64,000 nt of DNA from Nitrospirota bacterium (GTDB lineage Bacteria; Nitrospirota; Nitrospiria; Nitrospirales; Nitrospiraceae): NCBI GenBank assembly GCA_963701855.1, contig CAVPBK010000005.1:192001-256000 (forward strand). Reading direction: 5' to 3'. Both the position numbers and the translations under genes were made by a program. This document shows, in pieces, positions 1 to 10,140 of the stretch. Under the pieces are notes generated by a model that was given only the letters and a program-made list of their open reading frames with translations, was not told the origin of the DNA and searched no databases. The number at the start of each line of letters is the position of its first letter. Position 1 is the first letter of the stretch.

Positions 1-1962
1 GATCAAGGCCAGGCCATCGATAAGCTGGTGGCTGGGATTGCTGCTGGCCGGAGGCACCAAGCGCTGCTCGGTGTCACTGGATCCGGCAAGACTTTTACCA
101 TGGCCAATGTGGTTGCGCAGGTGCAGAAGCCCACGCTGGTTCTGGTCCATAACAAGACGTTGGCCGGTCAGCTTTATCAAGAGTTCAAGCAGTTCTTCCC
201 CCGCAATGCGGTGGAGTATTTCGTCAGTTACTACGATTACTACCAGCCGGAAGCCTATATTCCCCAAAGCAATACGTACATTGCCAAGGACGCATCCGTC
301 AACGATGCGATCGATCAGATGCGGCATGCGGCAACGGCCGCGTTGCTTCAACGGGATGATGTGCTGATCGTTTCGTCGGTCTCCTGTATTTACGGCTTGG
401 GGTCGCCTGAGGTCTATCACGAGATGGTGGTATTCCTCGAAGAGGGAATGGAGATTCGGCGGGAGAAGATACTGGCTAAACTGGTCGAGATTCAATATGC
501 CCGCAACGATATGGATTTCCACCGTGGAACCTTTCGTGCACGGGGCAACGTCATTGAGATTTTTCCAGCTTCGAATGACGCAGTGTCCGTGCGGATTGAG
601 TTATTCGGTGACGTGGTGGACGCGATTCACGAAATTGATCCACTCACAGGGAAGTCGCTCAAGAAGCTTCCGAAAGTCGCGGTATATCCAAACACGCACT
701 ATCTCATTGCGCCGGACCGGTATGAACGGGCGATTACAGGTATTGAGGAAGAATTAGATGAGCGTGTTGGCTATTTCAAGAAACAGAATCAGTTTGTGGA
801 GGCCCAGCGGATTGCGCAACGCACCAAGTTCGACCTTGAAATGATTCGGGCGATGGGATATTGCCATGGCATCGAGAATTACTCGCGGCATCTCAGTGGC
901 CGCGCCCCCGGTGAACAGCCTCCGACGCTCATCGACTATTTTCCCAAAGACTTTCTGCTGATCGTCGACGAGTCCCATGCGACGATTCCCCAGGTGGGTG
1001 GGATGTACGAGGGTGACTATTCGCGGAAGCGCACATTGGTCGAGTACGGGTTCCGGTTGCCCTCGGCGATTGATAACCGGCCGCTTAAATTCTCGGAATT
1101 TGAGCATTGTCTCACTCAGGCGGTGTATGTCTCTGCGACACCAGGCTCCTATGAGTTGGGGCATACGGTTGGAGAGGTGGTCGAGCAGATTCTCCGCCCG
1201 ACTGGCCTGATGGATCCGGTTATCGACGTGCGCCCGGCCAAAGGGCAGGTGGACCATCTCCTCGGCGAAGTGCGGGCCGAAGTGGCACAGGGGGGGCGTG
1301 TGCTGGTCACCACCTTGACTAAGAGGATGGCGGAAGACTTGAGCGAGTACTACCACGATCTTGGGATCAAGGTGCGATATCTGCACTCGGACATCAAGAC
1401 GCTGGAGCGGGCTGAGATCATACGCGATCTGCGGCGCGGGGTGTTTGATGTGCTGGTGGGGATCAACCTCCTGCGTGAAGGGCTGGATCTTCCCGAGGTC
1501 ACCCTGGTGGCGATTCTCGATGCGGATAAGGAAGGGTATCTTCGGTCCTATCGGTCGTTGATTCAAACTGCTGGACGGGCAGCGAGGAACGTGCGGGGCC
1601 ATGTGATTATGTACGGCGATGCCGTCACTGATTCTATGCAAATGGCACTCGCCGAAACTAGCCGCCGCCGCACGATTCAGGCTGACTATAACCTTAGACA
1701 TGGGATTGTGCCTACGAGCATCAAGAAGGACGTTCTGTCACTCGAATATCCCACGACGGAAGTGGACGATATGCAACTGGATTTGGCCGCGGAGTCGCCG
1801 GCCATCTACGGAGCAGAGGAAGCGACCAAACAAATTATCAATCGGCTGGAAACGGAAATGAAAGCTGCCGCCAAGGAGTTGAAGTTTGAACGGGCCGCAG
1901 TCCTACGGAACCGGATTCGAGCATTGAAGTTGAAAGAGTTAGAGTTGAAGCCGGAGGTTTAG
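1..1962 (+). CDS. uvrB: Excinuclease ABC subunit B (5' end lies outside the window)
   Basis: Frame is open from base 1 (DQGQAIDKL); Walker [19 protein letters not shown] beta-hairpin, DESH motif, C-terminal UVR coil ([11 protein letters not shown]). Confidence 0.97.
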   Translation, partial: DQGQAIDKLVAGIAAGRRHQALLGVTGSGKTFTMANVVAQVQKPTLVLVHNKTLAGQLYQEFKQFFPRNAVEYFVSYYDYYQPEAYIPQSNTYIAKDASVNDAIDQMRHAATAALLQRDDVLIVSSVSCIYGLGSPEVYHEMVVFLEEGMEIRREKILAKLVEIQYARNDMDFHRGTFRARGNVIEIFPASNDAVSVRIELFGDVVDAIHEIDPLTGKSLKKLPKVAVYPNTHYLIAPDRYERAITGIEEELDERVGYFKKQNQFVEAQRIAQRTKFDLEMIRAMGYCHGIENYSRHLSGRAPGEQPPTLIDYFPKDFLLIVDESHATIPQVGGMYEGDYSRKRTLVEYGFRLPSAIDNRPLKFSEFEHCLTQAVYVSATPGSYELGHTVGEVVEQILRPTGLMDPVIDVRPAKGQVDHLLGEVRAEVAQGGRVLVTTLTKRMAEDLSEYYHDLGIKVRYLHSDIKTLERAEIIRDLRRGVFDVLVGINLLREGLDLPEVTLVAILDADKEGYLRSYRSLIQTAGRAARNVRGHVIMYGDAVTDSMQMALAETSRRRTIQADYNLRHGIVPTSIKKDVLSLEYPTTEVDDMQLDLAAESPAIYGAEEATKQIINRLETEMKAAAKELKFERAAVLRNRIRALKLKELELKPEV

Positions 1963-2035
1963 GTCTCGGAAGGATTATTCCTGCATAGCAGCGTTTCAGT
2001 AGCCTGTATGTCTGAGGGAAGAGGAGAGTGTCTCG

Positions 2036-2160
2036 CAGGATGCTCAAAAAGACCGTTCAGCTAGGCCGCAACTGACGGAAGCACCGGAGGCGTACCCCCC
2101 TGGCTACGTTGAGGATGCTTTCGAGGCGAGAACGACGCTGGCGGATTTTTCAGCATCCTG
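2036..2160. mobile_element. MITE-like repeat, family A (CAGGATGCT...AGCATCCTG terminal inverted repeats)
   Basis: Ends CAGGATGCTCAAAAA / TTTTTCAGCATCCTG; related copies at 6068, 13121, 27216 and 35693; abuts the stop codon of the next gene. Confidence 0.75.
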
Positions 2161-2418
2161 CTACACGTTTTTGTACAGATAGATGCCCAGAAACATCCCA
2201 AGGAGACTGAGAAGGTTGATTTTTAGCTCGAAGCCCAGAGTGAACTTGAAGAGGATCAGATCAATGGTGAACGGGCTGATGCCTGGGCTAAAATTGGTGG
2301 CGAAGACCGATTGAATTGTGCCGTGAGGGGCCATGACCCGAAGGATCTCTCCCAGTACTCCGCCCAATAGTCCACCGATGAGAACGAAAATGAGTAGAAC
2401 CCAGTATGATTTTCTCAC
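2161..2418 (-). CDS. Small membrane protein, DUF4321-like
   Basis: Probable GTG start (VRKSYWVLLIF); hydrophobic helices with GGLLGGVLGEIL and a C-terminal INLLSLLGMFLGIYLYK; sigma70-like promoter upstream. Confidence 0.7.
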   Translation of the reverse strand: MRKSYWVLLIFVLIGGLLGGVLGEILRVMAPHGTIQSVFATNFSPGISPFTIDLILFKFTLGFELKINLLSLLGMFLGIYLYKNV

Positions 2419-2485
2419 GGCACCCGCCTTACAACTCTCATAACCCTCTGTGTAGTCTCGTAGAAACGATGGTAGGACTATCGGG

Positions 2486-2514
2486 ACCATAGCGAAAGGC
2501 CAGGGACATGTCAA
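2486..2514 (-). promoter_or_regulatory. Putative sigma70 promoter for the DUF4321-like gene
   Basis: Minus strand reads TTGACA-17 bp-TATGGT. Confidence 0.55.
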
Positions 2515-2537
2515 TAAAATGTGCGTCTCTCTTTCCC

Positions 2538-2567
2538 TTGACTTCATCTTGCTTCGTCCTTTAGACT
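2538..2567 (+). promoter_or_regulatory. Putative sigma70 promoter for the ffh operon (divergent)
   Basis: TTGACT-18 bp-TAGACT about 80 bp upstream of the ffh ATG. Confidence 0.45.
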
Positions 2568-2649
2568 CCCCGATGCTCTTTTGCTAGAATTTTCGAGGTG
2601 ATCGGAGATCTGAGGGTAAGGCTTCGATTGCCTTTTTCTTTGTGGCGCT

Positions 2650-3996
2650 ATGCTGGATTCTCTCAGCGAAAAATTCGAGAAGATTTTAAAGAAACTGCGC
2701 GGTTCCGGGGTTCTCACTGAACAGAACATCGCAGAGGCCTTGAAAGAGGTTCGTCTTGCGCTGCTCGAAGCCGACGTCAACTTCAAGATCGTCAAGGACT
2801 TCATAGAGCGGGTTCGCGAGAAAGCTGTTGGGCAGGAAGTCCTCCAGAGTTTGACCCCTGGGCATCAGGTCGTCAAGGTCGTGTGGGACGAGCTGCGGGA
2901 GATGATGGGCCGTGAGCGAGCCGGTTTGGCTCTGGCCTCGAATCCTCCTACCGTCGTCATGATGGTGGGACTCCAAGGTGCAGGAAAGACGACGACTTGC
3001 GGCAAGCTCGGGCGGTATTTCAAGGCGCAAGGGAAACGGGTTCTGTTAGTTGCGGCAGACCCTCGTCGTCCTGCAGCCGGTGACCAGTTATCGAGTCTAG
3101 GGCGCGATCTTGTGATCGACGTGTATCGAGCCGATCAGGTACAAGCGGTCCAGGCCGATGTTGTCCGCATCTGCCGGGCTGGTGTGGAGCGGGGTCGAGA
3201 CCAGGGGTACGATCTTGTCGTGCTGGACACCGGTGGACGTCTCCATATCGACGATGAGTTGATGGGAGAGTTGGTGGCGGTGAAAACCGCCGTGCAGCCG
3301 CACGAAATCCTCTTAGTGGCAGATGCCATGACGGGCCAAGATGCGGTCACGATGGCGAGCCAGTTCGATCAACGCATCGGACTGACTGGTGTCATTCTGA
3401 CCAAGGTTGAAGGTGATGCCCGGGGCGGGGCGGTGCTGTCTATCCGGGCGGTAACCGGCAAGCCGATCAAGTTTTTGGGCGTGGGTGAGAAGCTCGATGC
3501 GCTTGAGTTGTTTCATCCCGATCGGATGGCCTCGCGCATCCTCGGAATGGGCGATGTGCTCTCGCTGATCGAAAAGGCTCAAGAGACCTTTTCGCGTGAG
3601 CAGGCAGAGGAGACGCAAAAACGGCTGACCAGCAACACGCTCACGCTGGAGGATTTTCGTGCTCAGCTAGGGCAGGTCAACCGCCTGGGTTCGATGGACC
3701 AGATTTTAGGCATGCTGCCGGGCGGCCAGAAGCTCAAAGGGGCGATGGAAGGGCAGATGCCGGAGCGAGAAATGAAACGAGTGTTAGCCATGATCGATTC
3801 GATGACCGTACGCGAGCGGCGCGATCATACGCTCATCAATGGAAACCGAAAAAAGCGGATTGCCCGCGGAAGCGGGACTAAGGTTGAAGAGGTGAATCGG
3901 TTGATTAAACAGTTTCTGTCGGCGAGAAAAATCGCCAAAGTTATGGCAGGATCGGGGGGGCGCCGGCAGCTTGCGCAGCTTATGCGCTCCAGGTAA
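2650..3996 (+). CDS. ffh: Signal recognition particle protein
   Basis: ALLEADVN, GLQGAGKTT, DTGGR, TKVEGDARGG motifs; Met-rich M domain. Confidence 0.97.
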   Translation: MLDSLSEKFEKILKKLRGSGVLTEQNIAEALKEVRLALLEADVNFKIVKDFIERVREKAVGQEVLQSLTPGHQVVKVVWDELREMMGRERAGLALASNPPTVVMMVGLQGAGKTTTCGKLGRYFKAQGKRVLLVAADPRRPAAGDQLSSLGRDLVIDVYRADQVQAVQADVVRICRAGVERGRDQGYDLVVLDTGGRLHIDDELMGELVAVKTAVQPHEILLVADAMTGQDAVTMASQFDQRIGLTGVILTKVEGDARGGAVLSIRAVTGKPIKFLGVGEKLDALELFHPDRMASRILGMGDVLSLIEKAQETFSREQAEETQKRLTSNTLTLEDFRAQLGQVNRLGSMDQILGMLPGGQKLKGAMEGQMPEREMKRVLAMIDSMTVRERRDHTLINGNRKKRIARGSGTKVEEVNRLIKQFLSARKIAKVMAGSGGRRQLAQLMRSR

Positions 3997-4043
3997 GAGG
4001 CAAGAACTATCATCACGGGTGTGTACACAGGAGGAGGAATCTA

Positions 4044-4328
4044 GTGGCTGTTCATTTGAGATTGACGAGGACAGGACGACACAAGCGACCGCTCTACCGT
4101 GTCGTGGCAGCAGATTCCCGGAAGCCGCGCGACGGGCGGTTCCTGGAAATTCTCGGGATTTTCGATCCCTTGAAGGAGCCGGCTGTGCCGGAGTTGAAGC
4201 AGGAACGGGTGTTGAACTGGTTGCACCAGGGTGCCCAGCCGACCGTTACGGTCAGGACGTTGCTCCGCCGATGTGGCGTATGGAAACAGTTTGAGGCGGA
4301 GAAGGCTGCGAAGAAGAAGGGCGCTTAA
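4044..4328 (+). CDS. rpsP: 30S ribosomal protein S16
   Basis: RLTRTGRHKRPLYRVVAADSRKPRDGRFLE; GGAGG Shine-Dalgarno; synteny with ffh-rimM. Confidence 0.96.
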   Translation: MAVHLRLTRTGRHKRPLYRVVAADSRKPRDGRFLEILGIFDPLKEPAVPELKQERVLNWLHQGAQPTVTVRTLLRRCGVWKQFEAEKAAKKKGA

Positions 4329-4331
4329 GAC

Positions 4332-4868
4332 ATGACGACCGCGCAGACGGATTTGGTGACGATCGGCAAGATCGAGCGCCACTTTGGTGTACGAGGCGAG
4401 TTCAAAGTTCGGTCGCTGACCGATGTGCCAGGACGGTTGGATCATCTGAAGCAGGTGCAGGTCTTGGAGATGACGGGACAGATGGTTGAGAGGACCGTGA
4501 CGCATGTTCGGCGCGCCGGCTCGACCTATATCATGGGTCTTGCTGGTGTGACGACGCCGGAAGGAGCCGGCATGCTGCGCGGGGGCTTGATTCAAGTGCC
4601 GCGTGTTCCAGCGTCGGCGCTGTCTACGGACGTCTATTTCGAATATGACCTTATCGGGATGACGGTCGAGAACGAGCGGGGCGACGAGGTCGGAGTGTTG
4701 GAGGAAATTTGGGAGATACCGGACAATCGCGTTTTCGTCGTTCACAAGGGTACGGAGGAAGTTCTTATTCCGGCCGCGAAGAGCTTTGTGACCTCGGTGG
4801 ATCTCCAGCGTCGTCGGATGATGGTTCGCGGAATCGACGACTTGATTCAGGATCGCCATGCGCTGTGA
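4332..4868 (+). CDS. rimM: Ribosome maturation factor RimM
   Basis: [17 protein letters not shown]-terminus, PRC barrel with EVLIP; synteny. Confidence 0.93.
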   Translation: MTTAQTDLVTIGKIERHFGVRGEFKVRSLTDVPGRLDHLKQVQVLEMTGQMVERTVTHVRRAGSTYIMGLAGVTTPEGAGMLRGGLIQVPRVPASALSTDVYFEYDLIGMTVENERGDEVGVLEEIWEIPDNRVFVVHKGTEEVLIPAAKSFVTSVDLQRRRMMVRGIDDLIQDRHAL

Positions 4869-5640
4869 CATTTTGACCCTGTTTCCTGACATGGTAGCGC
4901 CGGTGCTCGGCCAGAGTATTCTCAAGCGGGCGCAGGAAAAAGGCCTTTTAGCTATTAAGGTGCACAACTTGCGCGACTATACGCTTGATCGCCACAAGGT
5001 GGCGGATGATGTGCCTTATGGCGGAGGGGCAGGGATGGTAATGAAGGCCGAGCCAATTTTGCGCGCGGTGGAAGAGATTCAGGACGACTATGCGCGGGCG
5101 GGTGAACAGATTCGATTGCTGTTTCCCTCCCCGCACGGCCGTCCGTTCACGCAGGCCTATGCGAAAAATCTTGCGGCAGATCCACGTCGACTCGTTATCC
5201 TCTGTGGCCACTACGAGGGGGTTGATGAACGAGTACGGATTGCCTTGCACCCTGAAGAAATTTCCGTCGGGGATTATGTATTGACCGGAGGCGAGTTGCC
5301 GGCGCTGGTGCTCATCGATGCCGCAGCCCGTTTGGTTCCCGGCGTGTTGGGTGATCCGGAGTCGATCGTGGAAGAATCGTTCACGGATGGGCTGCTTGAA
5401 TATCCGCACTATACGAGACCGGCGGAGGTTCGAGGGGTGCCCGTGCCGGAGGTGTTGCTTTCAGGACATCACGAGGCCATTCGTCTGTGGCGTCGGAAGG
5501 AGGCCCTGCGAAGTACGTATCAGAGACGGCCGGATCTTTTGCAAGATCGGGCCTTGAGTCTCGAAGATCAACAATTGCTAGATGAACTTACTCGTGAAGG
5601 TGTGGCTGGCACGCCTGTTCGATGTGGGGAGGAGGGGTAG
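4858..5640 (+). CDS. trmD: tRNA (guanine37-N1)-methyltransferase
   Basis: [44 protein letters not shown]. Confidence 0.97.
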   Translation: MRCDILTLFPDMVAPVLGQSILKRAQEKGLLAIKVHNLRDYTLDRHKVADDVPYGGGAGMVMKAEPILRAVEEIQDDYARAGEQIRLLFPSPHGRPFTQAYAKNLAADPRRLVILCGHYEGVDERVRIALHPEEISVGDYVLTGGELPALVLIDAAARLVPGVLGDPESIVEESFTDGLLEYPHYTRPAEVRGVPVPEVLLSGHHEAIRLWRRKEALRSTYQRRPDLLQDRALSLEDQQLLDELTREGVAGTPVRCGEEG

Positions 5641-5644
5641 TCTC

Positions 5645-6067
5645 ATGAATCGGTTGGAACGTATTCAACAGTCTTTCACGAAGAAGGCGGCGCCTAGTTT
5701 TGAAATTGGAGACACCGTCCGAGTACATGTGAAAGTGGTCGAAGGGGAAAAAGAGCGCATTCAGGTCTTCGAAGGTGCGGTGATCGCTCGTAAAGGGTTG
5801 CTGAACACGGAGACCTTCACGGTGCGCAAAGTCTCCTACGGCGTCGGCGTAGAACGAATTTTCCCGCTCCATTCGCCGATCGTCACGCGCGTTGAGGTTA
5901 TGCGCCAAGGCAAGGTACGTCGGGCCAAGCTGTATTATCTCCGGGGGAAGAAGGGCAAGTTTGCCAAAGTCGAAGATCGGGAGTTCGTCGCGAGTGTGAA
6001 GGGGCAGTCGGGGGGATCCCGTAAGGCCGAAGAGCCGGTCGGAGCCGCCTCGGCTTCGAAGACATAA
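5645..6067 (+). CDS. rplS: 50S ribosomal protein L19
   Basis: [42 protein letters not shown]; start set at ATG 5645 after a GGAGG SD. Confidence 0.97.
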   Translation: MNRLERIQQSFTKKAAPSFEIGDTVRVHVKVVEGEKERIQVFEGAVIARKGLLNTETFTVRKVSYGVGVERIFPLHSPIVTRVEVMRQGKVRRAKLYYLRGKKGKFAKVEDREFVASVKGQSGGSRKAEEPVGAASASKT

Positions 6068-6223
6068 CAGGCTGCTGAAAAACCATCCCGCAGGATATCC
6101 GCTCGAGCCACGCGAGACTGGCGGGAAAGGCGAGACACTCGACATCAGGACATGCCGTCGCGCCTGTCTTGCTATTCGTGCCAGTCACGCGCTTGAGAAA
6201 CTGGCGGACTTTTTAGCACCCTG
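6068..6223. mobile_element. MITE-like repeat, family A variant
   Basis: CAGGCTGCTGAAAAA ... CTGGCGGACTTTTTAGCACCCTG, starting immediately after the rplS TAA. Confidence 0.65.
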
Positions 6224-6297
6224 CTAGTCTCATTCCCTGGTTCCGCCGACCATGGCTGTCGGGTGCCCTTTCAACGGACGCATCGCGGAGCCACATC

Positions 6298-6969
6298 GTG
6301 GGACCTACCGACGAATTTGAATTGGAAGCCCGGCGCCGTGGCTATCGCTGTATTGCCGGTCTGGATGAAGCCGGACGGGGCCCTCTGGCAGGCCCTGTCG
6401 TCGCAGCGGCGGTGATCCTGCCCACTCGGTGCCGTTTGGTCGGTGTCGATGATTCAAAAAAAGTCACTGCGCCTGAGCGAGCGCGCCTCTACGACGTTAT
6501 TGTTCGGCGGGCACGTGCGGTCGGTGTAGGGGTCGCTACAGAGCAGGAGATCGACCGCTTCAATGTATTAGAAGCGACCCGCCTGGCCATGCGTCGCGCG
6601 CTGGCATCGTTGACTCCCCCAGCAGACTGTCTCTTGATCGATGCGGTCACTTTGTCGCATCTCGCCATTCCTTCACGCTCTATTATTAAGGGTGATACAT
6701 TGTCGATATCGATTGCTGCCGCATCGATTGTGGCCAAAGTTACGCGCGATCGCATGATGGTGGTGTACCATCGGACCTACCCAGACTATAATTTTCTTTC
6801 CCATAAAGGGTATGGGACGGAAGAACATTTACAGCGGCTCGCTCAACATGGCCCCTGCGCGATTCATCGGCGCACGTTTGCTCCAGTCGCGCAGCTCTTG
6901 GGTGGAAGTAGCGGCAGGTGGCCGCTCTTGCATACTGGCCAGGACGAATCTTCACGGATGGATCAGTGA
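6298..6969 (+). CDS. rnhB: Ribonuclease HII
   Basis: GLDEAGRGPLAGPVVAAAV, DSKK, KGD..SIAAASIVAKV, HKGYGT. Confidence 0.96.
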   Translation: MGPTDEFELEARRRGYRCIAGLDEAGRGPLAGPVVAAAVILPTRCRLVGVDDSKKVTAPERARLYDVIVRRARAVGVGVATEQEIDRFNVLEATRLAMRRALASLTPPADCLLIDAVTLSHLAIPSRSIIKGDTLSISIAAASIVAKVTRDRMMVVYHRTYPDYNFLSHKGYGTEEHLQRLAQHGPCAIHRRTFAPVAQLLGGSSGRWPLLHTGQDESSRMDQ

Positions 6970-7358
6970 CCATTCTCGACCCCCGGAAGATTTTTGGTCA
7001 AGCAGGGGAATCGGTGGCAGAGGAGTATCTGCGGCATAAGGGGTATCGGATCGTGGCACGCAATCTGCGTTCGTCGGTCGGAGAGCTGGATTTAGTGGCT
7101 GAAGATGGCCAGATACTGGTCTTTGTCGAGGTGAAGGCGCGCCGGACCGACGCGTTCGGCGGAGCCATCCATGCCGTCCATCAACGGAAGCAGGAGAAGT
7201 TGATCCAATTAGCTGCTCAGTATTTGGCCCGCCACCACGTGAAAGATCGGCAATGCCGATTCGATGTTGTCTTGCTGCAAGGCACGGATGCCGTCGCCCC
7301 AAAGATTGAGCATATTCAGAATGCCTTTGAAGTGTCCGGAGACGATCTCCGCTGGTAG
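6966..7358 (+). CDS. yraN: YraN family (UPF0102) nuclease-like protein
   Basis: GE..AEEYL, GELDLVA, LVFVEVKAR, RFDVV; follows rnhB. Confidence 0.9.
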   Translation: MTILDPRKIFGQAGESVAEEYLRHKGYRIVARNLRSSVGELDLVAEDGQILVFVEVKARRTDAFGGAIHAVHQRKQEKLIQLAAQYLARHHVKDRQCRFDVVLLQGTDAVAPKIEHIQNAFEVSGDDLRW

Positions 7359-7365
7359 TGCGGCG

Positions 7366-8034
7366 ATGATTCAATTAATCCACGTTTCGAAACAGTACGA
7401 TCAGCGGCCGGCGCTCTCGGACGTTACGCTTGAGATCGGCAAGGGGGAATTTGTCCTTCTCATGGGGCCCAGTGGAGCGGGCAAATCGACGCTGTTGCGG
7501 ATGCTCATCGGGGCCGAACGACCCGATGAAGGGCAGATCTTCGTCCACCAGAAAAACGTGACGACGATCAAGTCGTCTGACGTTCCGTATCTGCGTCGCA
7601 AGGTGGGAACGGTGTTTCAAGACTTTCGGCTGTTGCCGAAGAAGTCCGTCTTCGACAATGTTTCGCTGCCTCTGTTGGTGCAAGGAATTTCCTCTGCTGA
7701 CATTCGTCGAAAAGTCACGGAGGCGTTACGGGCGGTCGGTGTCGAGCACAAGCGTGATCAGCTTCCTGCGGGCCTCTCGACAGGAGAGCAGCAGCGGGTG
7801 TGCATTGCACGCGCGATTGTGAATGGTCCGGTCGTCTTGTTGGCGGATGAGCCGACAGGAAATTTAGATCCTGCTCTGACGTCTGAGATCATCGAATTAT
7901 TTAAACTCATTAACGCGCGCGGCACCACTGTCGTGGTAGCGACGCATGATCCTTTGGTTATGGAACAGGTGAATCGGCGGGTACTCACCTTATCACAGGG
8001 CCGGTTGCTGCCGGAACAGCGGGTGAAAGGGTGA
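7366..8034 (+). CDS. ftsE: Cell division ATP-binding protein FtsE
   Basis: GPSGAGKST, VFQDFRLL, LLADEPTGNLD; directly upstream of ftsX. Confidence 0.93.
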   Translation: MIQLIHVSKQYDQRPALSDVTLEIGKGEFVLLMGPSGAGKSTLLRMLIGAERPDEGQIFVHQKNVTTIKSSDVPYLRRKVGTVFQDFRLLPKKSVFDNVSLPLLVQGISSADIRRKVTEALRAVGVEHKRDQLPAGLSTGEQQRVCIARAIVNGPVVLLADEPTGNLDPALTSEIIELFKLINARGTTVVVATHDPLVMEQVNRRVLTLSQGRLLPEQRVKG

Positions 8035-8930
8035 GGACGTTCTCGTATCTCCTCAGAGAATCCTGGGTCAATATGCGGACCAACCGGACGACGACGATGG
8101 TCGCCATCTTGACCACGGCCTTTACATTGGCTTGTGTCGGCATCTTCTTGCTGCTCTATGTCAATCTGCGGGCAGCGGCCGGATGGCTTCAAGACGATGT
8201 CAAGATCATGGTGTATCTCGATGATCGGCTTTCCTCCAATTCGGTCGCTGAGGTGGAGCAGCGGTTGCGGGGCGATCGTGCCGTCGCCTCGCTGCTGTTT
8301 ATCTCGAAAGAGCAGGCCCTGGGAGAGTTTAAAGCGCAATTTCCTTCAGAGTCTCACTTGCTCGAGGGGTTGGGTCAGAATCCTCTTCCGGCCTCCTTCG
8401 TTGTGGCACTCAGCCCATCATTCCGTTCGCCGGATGCGGTCAAGCAATGGGCGGAGCGGGTCAGGCAGGTCGCCGGCGTTTCCAAGGTCGACTATAATCA
8501 AGATTGGATCGACGCCCTGGCGACGGTGATTCGATCGATTGAGTTGGTCGCCATCGGCATCGGCGTCATTCTCTCGGCGGCTGCCGTGACCATTATCGCC
8601 AACACGATTCGCCTCACACTGTTTGCCCGGCGGGACGAGATTGCAATTTTGCGTCTCATCGGGGCTACGACCAGTTTCATCCGTATTCCATTTCTGCTGG
8701 AGGGCGCGGTGCTTGGCGCTTTGGGCAGTGCACTTTCACTGGTCATGCTCAAGTTCATGTATGAATTGTTTCGGCAGCAAATGCGGACAACGGGACGATT
8801 TGCCGGGCTCGACAACCTCATGGCATTCTTTCCCCCATCAGTCTGTTTTGCCTTAATTGCAGTGGGGATGGGGCTCGGGTTTGCAGGTAGTTTCGTGTCG
8901 ATACGGCGTTTTGGCGAGGCCAAAGCATGA
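8031..8930 (+). CDS. ftsX: Cell division permease FtsX
   Basis: NPLPAS, IANTIRLTLFARRDEIAILRLIGAT, IRIPFLLEG; four TM segments. Confidence 0.93.
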   Translation: MRTFSYLLRESWVNMRTNRTTTMVAILTTAFTLACVGIFLLLYVNLRAAAGWLQDDVKIMVYLDDRLSSNSVAEVEQRLRGDRAVASLLFISKEQALGEFKAQFPSESHLLEGLGQNPLPASFVVALSPSFRSPDAVKQWAERVRQVAGVSKVDYNQDWIDALATVIRSIELVAIGIGVILSAAAVTIIANTIRLTLFARRDEIAILRLIGATTSFIRIPFLLEGAVLGALGSALSLVMLKFMYELFRQQMRTTGRFAGLDNLMAFFPPSVCFALIAVGMGLGFAGSFVSIRRFGEAKA

Positions 8931-10114
8931 GGTATTGGACGGAGTTCCTGGTCGGAGTCGCGATCTGGGGGTTGCTGGGTCTTTCCTGGACGGCGTTTGC
9001 GGTTGCCGACCCGATTACCGACAAGATTGAGAAAGAACGTAAGGTCCTCGATCAACTCAAAGATCAGATCGAAGAGACACGCAAGCAGGCCGATGAAGCA
9101 GGGAAAAAACGAGAGTCTCTCCTGCAGGGGATTCAGACACTCGACGAACGAGTGGTGCACTATCGACAGGCGCATCAGGATATTAGCCGAAAACTGCGAA
9201 TGAAAGACCAAGAGATCGAGGTTATCAATACACAACTAACTGGTTTGCGTGGTAGTGTGCGAGAACGTCAGGACGCCATTCTTGCTCGGCTAAGGGTTCA
9301 GTATATGGAGGGCCGTTTTGGATATTGGAAAACCTTGCTGGCCTCTGACTCATATGGTGATTTCCAGCGCCGGCTCCAGTATCTCTCGGCCGTATCCGAA
9401 CGGGATTATGCCCTCATGGGCACATTCCGTGCCGATATGACTCGTATGGAGCAGGCGGAGCGGCTGAGGGAGGAGGCGCGAGTCGGGATGCTGTCGTACA
9501 AGCAAAGTACCGAGAAGCAGCTGGCTGAGATGAAATCGGTCAAAAAAGAAAAGAAGGTCTATCTCACCAAGATCACTCATCAAAAAGAGTCCTACGAACA
9601 TGCCCTCCAAGAGTTAGAACGATCCGCGTCGCGCATCGACAGTCTGCTGCGTGAATTGGAGCAGCGCCGTCGCGCAGCCGCGGTTCGACCTCCGACCGGG
9701 GCGATCGCCCCTCGTGGGGTGAAGGGTGCGCTGCCGTGGCCAGCTGATGGGAGTATCGTCTCCTTCTTCGGACGTCAGAAACATTCGACTTTCAACACCT
9801 ATGTGCAGCGCAGAGGTATCGAAATCAAGACAGCCGAAGGGAGCGCCATCCACGCGGTGATGCCAGGGTCAGTCGTCTATGCAGACTGGTTGAAAGGATA
9901 CGGACTCGTTATAATCCTTGACCACGCAAATGGGTTCTTTTCGCTATATGCTCATGCCTCGAAGATACTGGCAACGGTGGGAGCGCAGGTGGGAGCCGGG
10001 CAAGCGATCGGCGAAACCGGCGACACGGGCATGACGGGTGAAAATACTCTATACTTTGAGTTGCGCCAGGGAGCGGAGCCTCTTGATCCTCTCCAATGGT
10101 TGGCGAGGCGGTAG
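8927..10114 (+). CDS. envC: Murein hydrolase activator EnvC (coiled coil plus degenerate M23 domain)
   Basis: Signal peptide, long coiled coil, LPWP...GYGLVIILDH...LYFELR; follows ftsEX. Confidence 0.85.
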   Translation: MRYWTEFLVGVAIWGLLGLSWTAFAVADPITDKIEKERKVLDQLKDQIEETRKQADEAGKKRESLLQGIQTLDERVVHYRQAHQDISRKLRMKDQEIEVINTQLTGLRGSVRERQDAILARLRVQYMEGRFGYWKTLLASDSYGDFQRRLQYLSAVSERDYALMGTFRADMTRMEQAERLREEARVGMLSYKQSTEKQLAEMKSVKKEKKVYLTKITHQKESYEHALQELERSASRIDSLLRELEQRRRAAAVRPPTGAIAPRGVKGALPWPADGSIVSFFGRQKHSTFNTYVQRRGIEIKTAEGSAIHAVMPGSVVYADWLKGYGLVIILDHANGFFSLYAHASKILATVGAQVGAGQAIGETGDTGMTGENTLYFELRQGAEPLDPLQWLARR

Positions 10115-10140
10115 GGAACGGGAAGAGGAAAGGACATTCG

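Noticed and set aside
754..1701. Long antisense ORFs (for example 754-1701, 4041-4967, 14014-14871, 38331-39149)
   Set aside because: Shadows of well-supported genes on the opposite strand in GC-rich DNA; no motifs
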